This document shows, in pieces, positions 1 to 8,522 of a DNA stretch of 64,000 nucleotides (its first letter is position 1; each line of letters opens with the position of its first letter). The DNA lies in assembly GCA_046073825.1 (NCBI GenBank), contig JBJTMY010000063.1, positions 23,598-87,597 of the forward strand. The letters run 5' to 3'. The position numbers and the translations under genes are program-made. The notes under the pieces are model-generated. The model was not told the origin of the DNA and did no database searches. It worked only from the letters and a program-made list of their open reading frames with translations. This DNA comes from Bacteroidota bacterium (GTDB lineage: Bacteria; Bacteroidota; Bacteroidia; AKYH767-A; OLB10).

Positions 1-1
1 T

Positions 2-268
2 GACACGACTGCTGGATTTAAATGCTACACACGCAAAGTATTAGAATCACTTGATTTCAGTAAAATAAAATTTACTGGCTATGCATTTCAAATTGAAATG
101 AAATTTGCAGCTTGGAAAATGGGATTTAAAATTGTGGAAGTGCCAATAATTTTTACCGACCGTAGTGAAGGCCAATCAAAAATGAGTGGTGGTATTTTTA
201 AGGAAGCAATTTTTGGGGTTTTATCAATTAAAATAAAATCTTGGTTTAGTAGCTACCGAAAGAAGTAA
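2..268 (+). CDS. 3' end of a GT2-family polyprenyl/dolichyl-phosphate mannose synthase-like glycosyltransferase (5' end outside the window)
   Basis: Open frame from nt 2 to TAA at 266-268. It translates to ...GYAFQIEMKFAAWKMGFKIVEVPIIFTDRSEGQSKMSGGIFKEAIFGV..., the typical C-terminal block of Dpm1/Ppm1-type GT2 enzymes. It is absent from the ORF track because it has no start codon in the window. Confidence 0.7.
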   Translation, partial: DTTAGFKCYTRKVLESLDFSKIKFTGYAFQIEMKFAAWKMGFKIVEVPIIFTDRSEGQSKMSGGIFKEAIFGVLSIKIKSWFSSYRKK

Positions 269-1426
269 CTAACTCTTGCTGTTCGATTTTCGCAAAAGGA
301 AAAAACCTGCAACACCCATAATAAAAGATGAAAGCAATACAGCACATTTAATTGCTGTTTGCAATTCATGATTGGGAAACGCCAATGTTAAAATAAATAT
401 TGACATTGTAAATCCGATACCTCCCAGCATTCCTGCGCCTGCAATTTTTGTGTAATCACATCCTTCGGGAAGCTGACCTATTTTGGTTGTTACAACTAAT
501 TTTGTGGCATAGTAAATTCCTATAGGCTTCCCAAGCACTAGCCCGCAACAAACTCCAAGTGTTGCCATATTAAACAGTTCACCGTAAGAAGCAAATTGCA
601 ACTTCATGGCAGTATTGGCCATAGCAAACAATGGCAATATAAAATAATCCACGGGAATATTTAATTTGTTTTGCAGACGTTCTAACGGTGACCCTATACC
701 GTTCTCTTCTTTCAGCGGAATAAAAAAGGCTGTAACTACTCCAGCAATTGTCGCGTGAACTCCAGAGCAAAGAATAAAATACCATGCTATTAATCCTAAT
801 GCTAAATAGAATAGTGTGTTTTTGATTTTCATGAGATTCATCGTTAGCATCAAACAAAAAATAACAAGTGCATACAAAAGAAAACTAAAAAATAATTGTT
901 GGGTATAAAACAAAGCAATTACGATAACAGCTCCTAAATCATCAATTATTGCCAACGACATTAAAAACAATTTTAACCCTGCGGGCATTTTTTTTCCAGC
1001 CAATGCTAATATTGCAACAGCAAATGCAATGTCGGTAGCCATTGGTATTCCCCACCCTTTACATAAAGGTGAATGTAAATTGAGTAAATAATAGATAGAC
1101 GCAGGTACAATCATCCCTCCTATTGCTGCAAAAATTGGAGTGATTGATTTTTTAAATGACGACAATTCACCAATTACCAATTCCCTCTTAATTTCTAAGC
1201 CTACATTCAAAAAGAAAATGGCCATTAAAAAATCATTGATCAACAACAGATAATTAAAATCATGTCCTGAAAATGCAAATCGACGAACGTTCCAATATTG
1301 TATGTAGGCATCTGAAAAAGTTGTGTTAGAAAGCACGAGAGACACAACGGTTACCAGCAATAAAAACACACCTGTTGATGGAAAATAAGAACTCCATTTC
1401 AAAAATGTATTTTTCGCAAAAGTCAT
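269..1426 (-). CDS. nhaA: Na+/H+ antiporter NhaA
   Basis: 385-aa polytopic membrane protein with an ATG start. It carries the NhaA signature AIIDDLGAVIVIALFYT (paired Asp) and NhaA-like helices throughout. Confidence 0.9.
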   Translation of the reverse strand: MTFAKNTFLKWSSYFPSTGVFLLLVTVVSLVLSNTTFSDAYIQYWNVRRFAFSGHDFNYLLLINDFLMAIFFLNVGLEIKRELVIGELSSFKKSITPIFAAIGGMIVPASIYYLLNLHSPLCKGWGIPMATDIAFAVAILALAGKKMPAGLKLFLMSLAIIDDLGAVIVIALFYTQQLFFSFLLYALVIFCLMLTMNLMKIKNTLFYLALGLIAWYFILCSGVHATIAGVVTAFFIPLKEENGIGSPLERLQNKLNIPVDYFILPLFAMANTAMKLQFASYGELFNMATLGVCCGLVLGKPIGIYYATKLVVTTKIGQLPEGCDYTKIAGAGMLGGIGFTMSIFILTLAFPNHELQTAIKCAVLLSSFIMGVAGFFLLRKSNSKS

Positions 1427-1433
1427 GGGCCTA

Positions 1434-2519
1434 TCAAACGAATTTATCGCCTCGTTTCAATTTAACATCATTTACAAACTGACGAATTTGTTGCTCATCC
1501 GATTTTTTACAAACAAGCAAAATTGAATCAGATTCCACCACGATATAATCATCCAAGCCTTGTAACACGACTAATTTATCTTTCGGAACATTCACGATAC
1601 AATTTTTTGTATCATACGTCATCACGTACTTTCCAACAATTGCATTATCATTTTCATCATGCTTGATGTGTTCATATAAAGAGCCGTAAGTTCCTAAATC
1701 ACTCCAGCCAAATTCAGCGCCCATCACATGCACATTTGTGGCTTTTTCCATCACTCCAAAATCGATAGAGATATTGGTACATTGATGAAAAGCTTGATGA
1801 ATGAAAGCAGCTTCATCATCAGAATTATATACATTTTCTTCTGCATCAAAAGTAGCATACATATCAGGAAGATGTAATTCGAATGCTTTTAAGATTGATT
1901 TTACATTCCAGAGAAAAATGCCAGCGTTCCATAAAAACTCTCCTGATTGCAAAAAGAATTTTGCCATTTCAAGATTTGGTTTTTCTGTAAACGTTTTTAC
2001 TTTAGAAATTTTATTTTCTTCGGACGATTTATCATCAATAAACTGAATATAACCATAACCCGTGTCAGGGCGACTTGGCTGAATTCCTAATGTTAAAAGC
2101 ACTTCTTTATTGCTCGTAAACTCAAGACCTTGTAAAATTGCTTTTACAAAAGCTTCTTCTTTTATAATTACATGATCACTTGGAGCGACCACAATATTTG
2201 CATCGGGATTTAACAATGCAATCTTTTTTGCAGCGTACAAAATACAAGGAGCAGTATTTTTACGAAATGGTTCAGCTAATATTTGACTAGCTTGAATATC
2301 GGGCAACTGCGATTGAACAAGATTTGTATAATCCACATTCGTTACAATGATTATATTTTCTTTCGGGCAAACATGAAGAAAGCGTTCATACGTTTGCTGC
2401 AGCAATGTCTTGCCTGTTCCTAGAATATCCAAAAACTGTTTAGGATGTGCATTACGACTCATAGGCCAAAACCGACTACCTACTCCGCCTGCCATAATCA
2501 CGCAATAATTATTTTTCAT
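1434..2519 (-). CDS. Mannose-1-phosphate guanylyltransferase (nucleotidyltransferase domain only, no C-terminal isomerase/cupin domain)
   Basis: 361 aa. The N-terminal MAGGVGSRFWPMSR pyrophosphorylase loop and the rest of the sequence look ManC/CpsB-like. It lies 7 nt upstream of nhaA on the same strand. Confidence 0.85.
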   Translation of the reverse strand: MKNNYCVIMAGGVGSRFWPMSRNAHPKQFLDILGTGKTLLQQTYERFLHVCPKENIIIVTNVDYTNLVQSQLPDIQASQILAEPFRKNTAPCILYAAKKIALLNPDANIVVAPSDHVIIKEEAFVKAILQGLEFTSNKEVLLTLGIQPSRPDTGYGYIQFIDDKSSEENKISKVKTFTEKPNLEMAKFFLQSGEFLWNAGIFLWNVKSILKAFELHLPDMYATFDAEENVYNSDDEAAFIHQAFHQCTNISIDFGVMEKATNVHVMGAEFGWSDLGTYGSLYEHIKHDENDNAIVGKYVMTYDTKNCIVNVPKDKLVVLQGLDDYIVVESDSILLVCKKSDEQQIRQFVNDVKLKRGDKFV

Positions 2520-2569
2520 AGTAAAAATTTAATTCGCGTTTTACGCTCAATATTTGACTTAGTTACTAA

Positions 2570-3850
2570 CTATTTTAAAGAAGAAAGTGCATTTCGCAAT
2601 GCTGACATCATAACTGGAATGTTTTCAGTTTTACAAGTACCAACTGACAAACGATACCACGTAGATTCCTTAGAAGCTCCGAATGCAGAGAAAGGCACAA
2701 CGGCCATTTTTGCTTCATTTAAAATAAACGCAGTAACATCTTCTGTAGTTGCCAATAATTTTCCTGACGCTGTTGTTTTCCCTTTAATATCAAACTGAAC
2801 GGTCAGATAAATTGCTGCCATTGGTTCAATACAATTTACTCCAAATGATTGCAACGTTTTAAATCCTTCATAAAAGGCCTCCAAACGTTGAAAAACATCT
2901 GCCTTAAAAGAAGTAATATAATTATCAAAAGCTGAATGATTACTCATAAATCGCGCTGAAGCTATTTGTTCTGCCTTAGGAGACCATGCTCCAATGTGAG
3001 AAAGGATAGACTTCATTTTATCAATAATTTCTGCAGGACCAAAAGCCCAACCTACTCGAATTCCTGTTGCCGCAATCGACTTAGATAAGCCATCAACAAA
3101 AATGGTATAAGGACGTAATTCAGGGTATAATGAAACTGGATCAACATGCTTATTGGCACCGAAAGTTAATGCGGAATAAATTTGATCGTACATAATATAC
3201 AAAGGCTTTTCGTCGGAACTACGAGAATTGTTTTCTACTATCACCAATTCACAAATTGCTTTTAACTGCTCCTCCGACATTACGGTACCTGTTGGGTTTT
3301 GAGGGGAGCAAAGTGCTAACAACCGAGCACCCTTTAAGTGAGGACGTAAGTCTGCTGCGGTGGGCATAAAATTATTTTCAGGAAACACCTCAACGGCCAC
3401 TCCATTTGCTTGCATCAAATGACAATAGTGATTATTATTCCAACTTGGAACAGGATACACCACTTTATCACCGGGATCGATAATGGTGGAATAAATTCCA
3501 TAAATAACGGGACGGGCACCACCTGCAATCAAAACTTCATCGGGAGAATAATTTAAGCCTTGAAATCGCTGGATAAAGGAAGCCACTTCTTTGCGAAGAT
3601 CGGGCATTCCATTCGCCACAGGATAATTCGTATGGCCTTCCATGTACGCCTTAATAATTTCATCACGCAAAACCGTTGGAATTGGAAAAATGGCTGGATC
3701 AAAATCTCCGATTGTCAAATTTGCAATAGGCTCTCCCTTTTTAATTAACTCATTTACTTCGTTCGCTAACTTAATTATTTCAGAGCCGATTAAATGCTCT
3801 GCCATGTGAGATACTTTTAACTTTTGTGGTTGTTTATTTTCTAATGACAT
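2570..3850 (-). CDS. PLP-dependent class I/II aminotransferase (aspartate-aminotransferase-like)
   Basis: Contains a GLSKS...GIRVGW PLP-lysine region and typical fold-type I blocks. The ORF track starts at a TTG at 3871, but a perfect TAGGTTTG -7 box at 3876..3869 overlaps that TTG. I therefore use the ATG at 3850 (MSLENK...). Confidence 0.8.
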   Translation of the reverse strand: MSLENKQPQKLKVSHMAEHLIGSEIIKLANEVNELIKKGEPIANLTIGDFDPAIFPIPTVLRDEIIKAYMEGHTNYPVANGMPDLRKEVASFIQRFQGLNYSPDEVLIAGGARPVIYGIYSTIIDPGDKVVYPVPSWNNNHYCHLMQANGVAVEVFPENNFMPTAADLRPHLKGARLLALCSPQNPTGTVMSEEQLKAICELVIVENNSRSSDEKPLYIMYDQIYSALTFGANKHVDPVSLYPELRPYTIFVDGLSKSIAATGIRVGWAFGPAEIIDKMKSILSHIGAWSPKAEQIASARFMSNHSAFDNYITSFKADVFQRLEAFYEGFKTLQSFGVNCIEPMAAIYLTVQFDIKGKTTASGKLLATTEDVTAFILNEAKMAVVPFSAFGASKESTWYRLSVGTCKTENIPVMMSALRNALSSLK

Positions 3851-3868
3851 AATTGGCAAGATAGTCTG

Positions 3869-3876
3869 CAAACCTA
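3869..3876 (-). promoter_or_regulatory. Bacteroidota -7 promoter box (TAnnTTTG) for the aminotransferase gene
   Basis: The minus strand reads TAGGTTTG, 18 nt upstream of the ATG at 3850. Confidence 0.4.
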
Positions 3877-4031
3877 CATAAATTTAAAATTATTTGAACG
3901 GAAAACCTAAAATATTGTCTTTTCGACATTTCCATATTAGCTTTATTTTTTTTCGACAAACCATCAGTTTTATTTTCTCCTTTTGTTAATTAAATTAAAA
4001 AGTAAATCGACACAAAAATTGTATAATTATA

Positions 4032-4039
4032 TATCTTCG
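4032..4039 (+). promoter_or_regulatory. Near-consensus -7 box (TATCTTCG, one mismatch) 5 nt before the ATG at 4045
   Basis: The same 8-mer occurs again 4 nt before the ATG at 43002. Confidence 0.3.
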
Positions 4040-4044
4040 CACCT

Positions 4045-5154
4045 ATGTTTTCCAAGAGATTTTTTTTAGTGTTTATTAGCCTTTTAATAAGTCTTCCATT
4101 AATTGTATTTAAAGATGCAAAATGTCAAGCCTTATCCAGTAGCAATATGAGCATTTCCGATTTAAATGCTCAATATGAGCGGGGAATTACCAATTGGGAA
4201 AATGGAGAAGGACGAGCAGCATTCTTAGCGCTGGATAGTTTACGAAAGGTAACTTTATCAGAAGAAAATGCGCTTGTTAAAAGCAAAGGAATGATTTATC
4301 TCGCCAAGTGTTTTTATTCTCAAAAAAACTTCCCTAACACCATCAACTATTTAACGCTTGCGCTTAATTTTGGACAAGACACGCTAAGTGCAAGCGAACT
4401 TATAACCACTTACGATTTATTATCATCTTGTTATCATGAGCTAAAAAACAATTCGCAGGAATTGTATTATAGCCAGCTGAAAAAAGTATTGACCGACAGT
4501 ATTCACACTGCGAATATGCAATTGCAGGTAGATTCTTTAAAGCGAGTATTAGAAGAACAAAAAAAGATTAAACAAGACACCCTTGTTAAAGCAGAAGAAT
4601 CTTCCAACGACACTTTCTTTACCTCGACAAACACTACCACAATTGCTTATATAGTTTCTGCATTCGTTTTAATTTTAACAATTGTTTTTATTGCAACAAG
4701 AAAAAAATCGAGTGCGACATCCTACGACAATAAACCTTCTATTGAAATTCAAAAAACAGAAGCGAAAGATCCGAAAGGAGCTACTCAGCTAATTGAAAAA
4801 ATTGCCAAAGTTGAATTAGTATTTATCCGTGCAGAAGTATTAGGAGAATATGGCAATAAAAAAACGGTTGTAAAAATCATTAATGATTACAACACACAAC
4901 TGCCATTAATTATAAAAAATTTAGACGAGGCAATTGCTGCCAATGATAATGAACCCATCATCAATGCACTTTCTTACTTAAAGCCTTACTTAACAGCATT
5001 CGGTATGTCGGCAACGTTAGCAATGCTTAATGAAGTAGAAGAGGAATCTGCAACAGAAAAAACAACAAAGTTACTTTCAAGAGTTTTCCAAATCAGGAAT
5101 CATATTCGTCGTGCACACGATGAGACAAAAGCTTTAATTGAAGTTTTAGGATAG
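4045..5154 (+). CDS. Membrane protein of unknown function: signal/anchor, TPR-like extracytoplasmic region, coiled coil, one TM helix and a C-terminal HPt-like four-helix module lacking the phospho-accepting His
   Basis: 369 aa. Hydrophobic N-terminus and a TM segment IAYIVSAFVLILTIVFIA. The C-terminus ...LDEAIAANDNEPIINALSYLKPYLTAFGMSATLAMLNEVEE fits the HPt pattern (D..-x-AHxLKGxxxxxG) with Ser in the His position. Confidence 0.4.
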   Translation: MFSKRFFLVFISLLISLPLIVFKDAKCQALSSSNMSISDLNAQYERGITNWENGEGRAAFLALDSLRKVTLSEENALVKSKGMIYLAKCFYSQKNFPNTINYLTLALNFGQDTLSASELITTYDLLSSCYHELKNNSQELYYSQLKKVLTDSIHTANMQLQVDSLKRVLEEQKKIKQDTLVKAEESSNDTFFTSTNTTTIAYIVSAFVLILTIVFIATRKKSSATSYDNKPSIEIQKTEAKDPKGATQLIEKIAKVELVFIRAEVLGEYGNKKTVVKIINDYNTQLPLIIKNLDEAIAANDNEPIINALSYLKPYLTAFGMSATLAMLNEVEEESATEKTTKLLSRVFQIRNHIRRAHDETKALIEVLG

Positions 5155-5212
5155 ATCAAGCATCTTTCTTACGAAAAACTACCATGGTTATTCAACAGAT
5201 GGTGTACACTAA

Positions 5213-5242
5213 AAAAGGTCATTGAAAATTCAATGACCTTTT
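5213..5242. terminator. Bidirectional intrinsic terminator between convergent genes
   Basis: Perfect palindrome AAAAGGTCATTGAA-AA-TTCAATGACCTTTT with A and T runs on both sides, between the 4045..5154 gene and kmo. Confidence 0.7.
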
Positions 5243-5273
5243 ACTTTTCTAAATTACATATTTGAACAACAAA

Positions 5274-6614
5274 TTAATTCAATGCTGCTAAAATTTTATT
5301 TTCCACGTCTTCGCTATTCCAATTATTTTCGATTCCAGGAATTGCTAAAACTGTTTGCATAATTGCATCTTGTTTTTTACCTAATCGTAATGCTTCGCTG
5401 TAACGAATTTGCGGACTATACGAAACCATGGTATAAAGAGGAATCCATTTATCAGGATGTTTATCACTAAACCAAGCTTCTATTTTCTTTTGAAGGAGGA
5501 AGTTCGGATCAGAAACTTTATCTCGCATTTCAATAAAATTAGCCAGTGCTAATTCTGCAATAGCATCGGCATCTGGTTTTCTTATTGTTTGGAATTCATC
5601 AAAAATCTTATCCCAATCTTCACCATATTTTTCCATCAATTCATTTAACACAAAACAATCTTCGAAACCACAATTCATACCTTGACCATAGAAAGGAACA
5701 ATAGCATGTGCTGCATCTCCCAACATTAACACCTTATCTTGAAAACGCCAAGGGAAGCAGCGAACAGTTACCAACGAAGAAGAAGGGTTTCCAAAAAAAT
5801 CTTCCTTTAAAGTTGGAATCATCGGGATCAAATCCGCAAAATTCTCTTGCATAAAATGCATCATTTTATCTTCTGTATCGATTGCTTTAAATGACTCTTC
5901 ACCATTCATTGGATAAAACAAAGTACAGGTAAAACTTTTATCCATATTAGGCAACGCAATTATCATAAACGATTTTCTTGGCCAAATATGTAACGCATTT
6001 GGATCCATTGCAAAATCTCCGTTTGCTGTTGGAGGAACTGTTAATTCTTTATATCCATGTTCTAAATATGTTTGAGAATAATTAAACATATCGGTAGATA
6101 ATTGAAACTGTAGACGACCAGCAGAGAAGGCTCCATCCGTAGAAAAAATACGATCTGATTTTACCTCTACCATTTCCTGTGTTTCTGTATTTTCAAATCG
6201 TGCTGTGCAAGCTTTAAGGTCCACATCCGCACAACGATGGTTATAAACTATTTTCACTCCATGCTGCTCAGCTAAATCCATTAACACGCAATTTAATCCA
6301 CCACGTGAAACAGAATTAATCACCTGCCCTTGTTTACCATAAGCTTGGTAGGTTAATTCACCTTTCACACTATGCATCATCCTTCCTGCCATTGGGATGG
6401 CCACTTTTTTAATTTCCTCAACAATACCAACACCTTCAAGCCCTCTCCACCCTCTATCACTTAATGCAAGATTGATTGAGCGGCCTGCACTGATTCTATT
6501 TTTTCTTAAATCAGGACGGCGCTCATAAATTGTCACATTATATCCTTTTTTTGCTAAGTAGATGCTTAATAAAGATCCAACAAGACCGGACCCAATAACT
6601 GTAAAATTTTTCAT
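5274..6614 (-). CDS. kmo: Kynurenine 3-monooxygenase (FAD-dependent)
   Basis: FAD dinucleotide fold VIGSGLVGSLLSIYLAKKGY directly after the ATG at 6614. KMO-like blocks follow (GDAAHAIVPFYGQGMNCGFED). The track's longer form begins at a TTG at 6650. Confidence 0.85.
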   Translation of the reverse strand: MKNFTVIGSGLVGSLLSIYLAKKGYNVTIYERRPDLRKNRISAGRSINLALSDRGWRGLEGVGIVEEIKKVAIPMAGRMMHSVKGELTYQAYGKQGQVINSVSRGGLNCVLMDLAEQHGVKIVYNHRCADVDLKACTARFENTETQEMVEVKSDRIFSTDGAFSAGRLQFQLSTDMFNYSQTYLEHGYKELTVPPTANGDFAMDPNALHIWPRKSFMIIALPNMDKSFTCTLFYPMNGEESFKAIDTEDKMMHFMQENFADLIPMIPTLKEDFFGNPSSSLVTVRCFPWRFQDKVLMLGDAAHAIVPFYGQGMNCGFEDCFVLNELMEKYGEDWDKIFDEFQTIRKPDADAIAELALANFIEMRDKVSDPNFLLQKKIEAWFSDKHPDKWIPLYTMVSYSPQIRYSEALRLGKKQDAIMQTVLAIPGIENNWNSEDVENKILAALN

Positions 6615-6670
6615 GACACAAATATGATTTTCAAGCGCCAAATTAAGCAAAACGAAGGGATTTATTTACC

Positions 6671-6678
6671 TAATTTTG
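6671..6678 (+). promoter_or_regulatory. -7 box TAATTTTG, 6 nt before the ATG at 6685
   Basis: Exact match to TAnnTTTG. Confidence 0.4.
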
Positions 6679-6684
6679 CAGTAT

Positions 6685-7917
6685 ATGACAAAGATCAAAA
6701 TGCGGAATATTTTAATACTCCTTACTTTAATATCCATTTCATTTAATTATTCATTTGCACAGACAAAAATTTTATTTGATGCTAGCAAAGCAGAAGCTGC
6801 AGGAAATGCAGATTGGGTAATTGATGCGGATTTAAACAATTTAGGATACTTCAATGGGCCTGCTCAAATTGGTGGAACTGAATCAAACGCGCAAAGAACA
6901 CCTACTCCATTACAAGCAACAATTACAAGCACAACAAGCGAGACTGCATGGTCTGGCGGAATTTCGGCTTGGGGAATTGACTGTGTAAAAAAGGGATATA
7001 CCGTTGAGAGTTTGCCCTATAATGGGCAAATTACGTATGGGCAAAGCAGCAATGCACAAGACTTGACGAATTATAAAGTTTTCATTATTTGCGAACCAAA
7101 TATTTTATTTACCACTGCTCAAAAAACGGCGATGATGCAATTTATACAAAATGGTGGTGGACTATTTATCATTTGTGATCATGCAAATAGTGATAGAAAT
7201 GGAGATGGTTATGATTCACAAATGATATGGAATGATTTCCTATTAAACAATCCGATTCAGAACAATCCATTTGGTTTTAAGTTCGACTCGGTAGATGTTT
7301 CTCAGATTAGTACGAATGTGGCCAGTTTAGCTACAGACACATTACTTCATGGACCTTATGGAAATGTAACATCGTTAGAATACAATAATGGCGCTACATT
7401 AACTTTATCACCAGCCAACAATGCAAATGTAAGAGGTGTTATTTACAAGAATGGCAGCAGCACAACTGGCAACACGAATGCAATGATGGTTCGTTCAAGA
7501 TATGGGCTTGGAAAAATTGCGGCACTTGGAGATAGCTCACCAGTTGATGATGGCACAGGAGATCCGAATGACGCATTATATGATGGATATATTAGTGGTG
7601 CATCTGGCAATCATCGTAAATTAATAATGAACACAACTTTTTGGCTTGTAAACAACACACTCACCGGGATTGAATCTATAGAAAAAAGCAGTTTTAACGT
7701 CTTTCCGAATCCTTTTGTAAACGAACTAACGGTTACCCTATCCGAAAACAAAAAAACCATCTTTGAAATTCTTGATCTTTCAGGAAACACAGTAAAAAGC
7801 TTTGAATTAGTGGGAGGAGATTCCAATACGATTTACCTCAGCAATTTGGATCCAGGGATGTATTTAATTCAAAACAAATCAAACAAAAGTGACTGCAAAA
7901 AAATAATTAAGTTTTAG
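6685..7917 (+). CDS. Secreted protein of unknown function with a T9SS type-A C-terminal sorting domain
   Basis: Signal peptide MTKIKMRNILILLTLISISFNYSFAQ. The C-terminus FNVFPNPFVNELTVTL...LDLSGNTVKSFEL...LDPGMYLIQNK...KKIIKF is a typical Por/T9SS CTD. A perfect -7 box ends 6 nt before the ATG at 6685, so the TTG at 6676 is unlikely to be the start. Confidence 0.75.
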   Translation: MTKIKMRNILILLTLISISFNYSFAQTKILFDASKAEAAGNADWVIDADLNNLGYFNGPAQIGGTESNAQRTPTPLQATITSTTSETAWSGGISAWGIDCVKKGYTVESLPYNGQITYGQSSNAQDLTNYKVFIICEPNILFTTAQKTAMMQFIQNGGGLFIICDHANSDRNGDGYDSQMIWNDFLLNNPIQNNPFGFKFDSVDVSQISTNVASLATDTLLHGPYGNVTSLEYNNGATLTLSPANNANVRGVIYKNGSSTTGNTNAMMVRSRYGLGKIAALGDSSPVDDGTGDPNDALYDGYISGASGNHRKLIMNTTFWLVNNTLTGIESIEKSSFNVFPNPFVNELTVTLSENKKTIFEILDLSGNTVKSFELVGGDSNTIYLSNLDPGMYLIQNKSNKSDCKKIIKF

Positions 7918-7930
7918 TGATTGGAATACA

Positions 7931-8521
7931 CTAATAAAAGAATGTATTATTTGTGACCATTTCAATTATCTTATCTAGTCGCTTTAATTTTGTCTCTTCC
8001 CGTTTAGCCGCCATCAACCAATTAATCATTTCTTTTCTTTTGTAATATGTTAAAGATTCGAAATTTTTAAGCTTTTTATTTTTTGAAAGATACATTCGTA
8101 AATCAGTCGGAATCTCAATGGTTTTATCATCGTTCGTCACTAATTTTCCTTCCTGATTATTTCGGATAGCTTCTTTTAGAAAGGACTTAATGATGGATGG
8201 TTTTATCTCCTTGCAATTAGTGAAACGCAAGTGACGGTTATGGATATTACCTGGATTTGCAATAAGTAATTTTTTTTCATCTTTTAACAAAGCTCCTTGA
8301 AAAAACACAAAAGACACATGCTTTTGAAATGCACCAAAACCGCAAACCATTCCATGACAATAATAGTTGGGTCCCCATTTCCAATCTTCAACAATGGACT
8401 TATCAGTGGCTAAAATAATTGCACGCAAGGTCACGCAAATTTCCTTGGAAAAAGGAGGAAGTGCATTGATATAATCGGTTATCAGTGCTTCAGCATTTGG
8501 GTGGTGCTTGGGCTTTGCCAT
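7931..8521 (-). CDS. DUF1801 (YdhG-like) plus YdeI/OmpD-associated domain protein
   Basis: 196 aa. The N-terminal part (CVTLRAIIL...WKWGPNYYCHGMVCGFGAFQKHVSFVFFQG) resembles DUF1801. The C-terminal part (YYKRKEMINWLMAAKREETKLKRLDKII) resembles the YdeI family. Confidence 0.6.
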   Translation of the reverse strand: MAKPKHHPNAEALITDYINALPPFSKEICVTLRAIILATDKSIVEDWKWGPNYYCHGMVCGFGAFQKHVSFVFFQGALLKDEKKLLIANPGNIHNRHLRFTNCKEIKPSIIKSFLKEAIRNNQEGKLVTNDDKTIEIPTDLRMYLSKNKKLKNFESLTYYKRKEMINWLMAAKREETKLKRLDKIIEMVTNNTFFY

Positions 8522-8522
8522 T

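Noticed and set aside
3851-3871. N-terminal extensions in the ORF track that begin at TTG/GTG (3871, 6650, 6676, 21221, 42972, 45669, 47201, 48211, 52264, 60762).
   Set aside because: In each case an in-frame ATG a few codons downstream gives a canonical N-terminus (signal peptide, FAD fold, etc.). In several cases a perfect -7 promoter box lies inside or downstream of the proposed extension. I trimmed these to the ATG.
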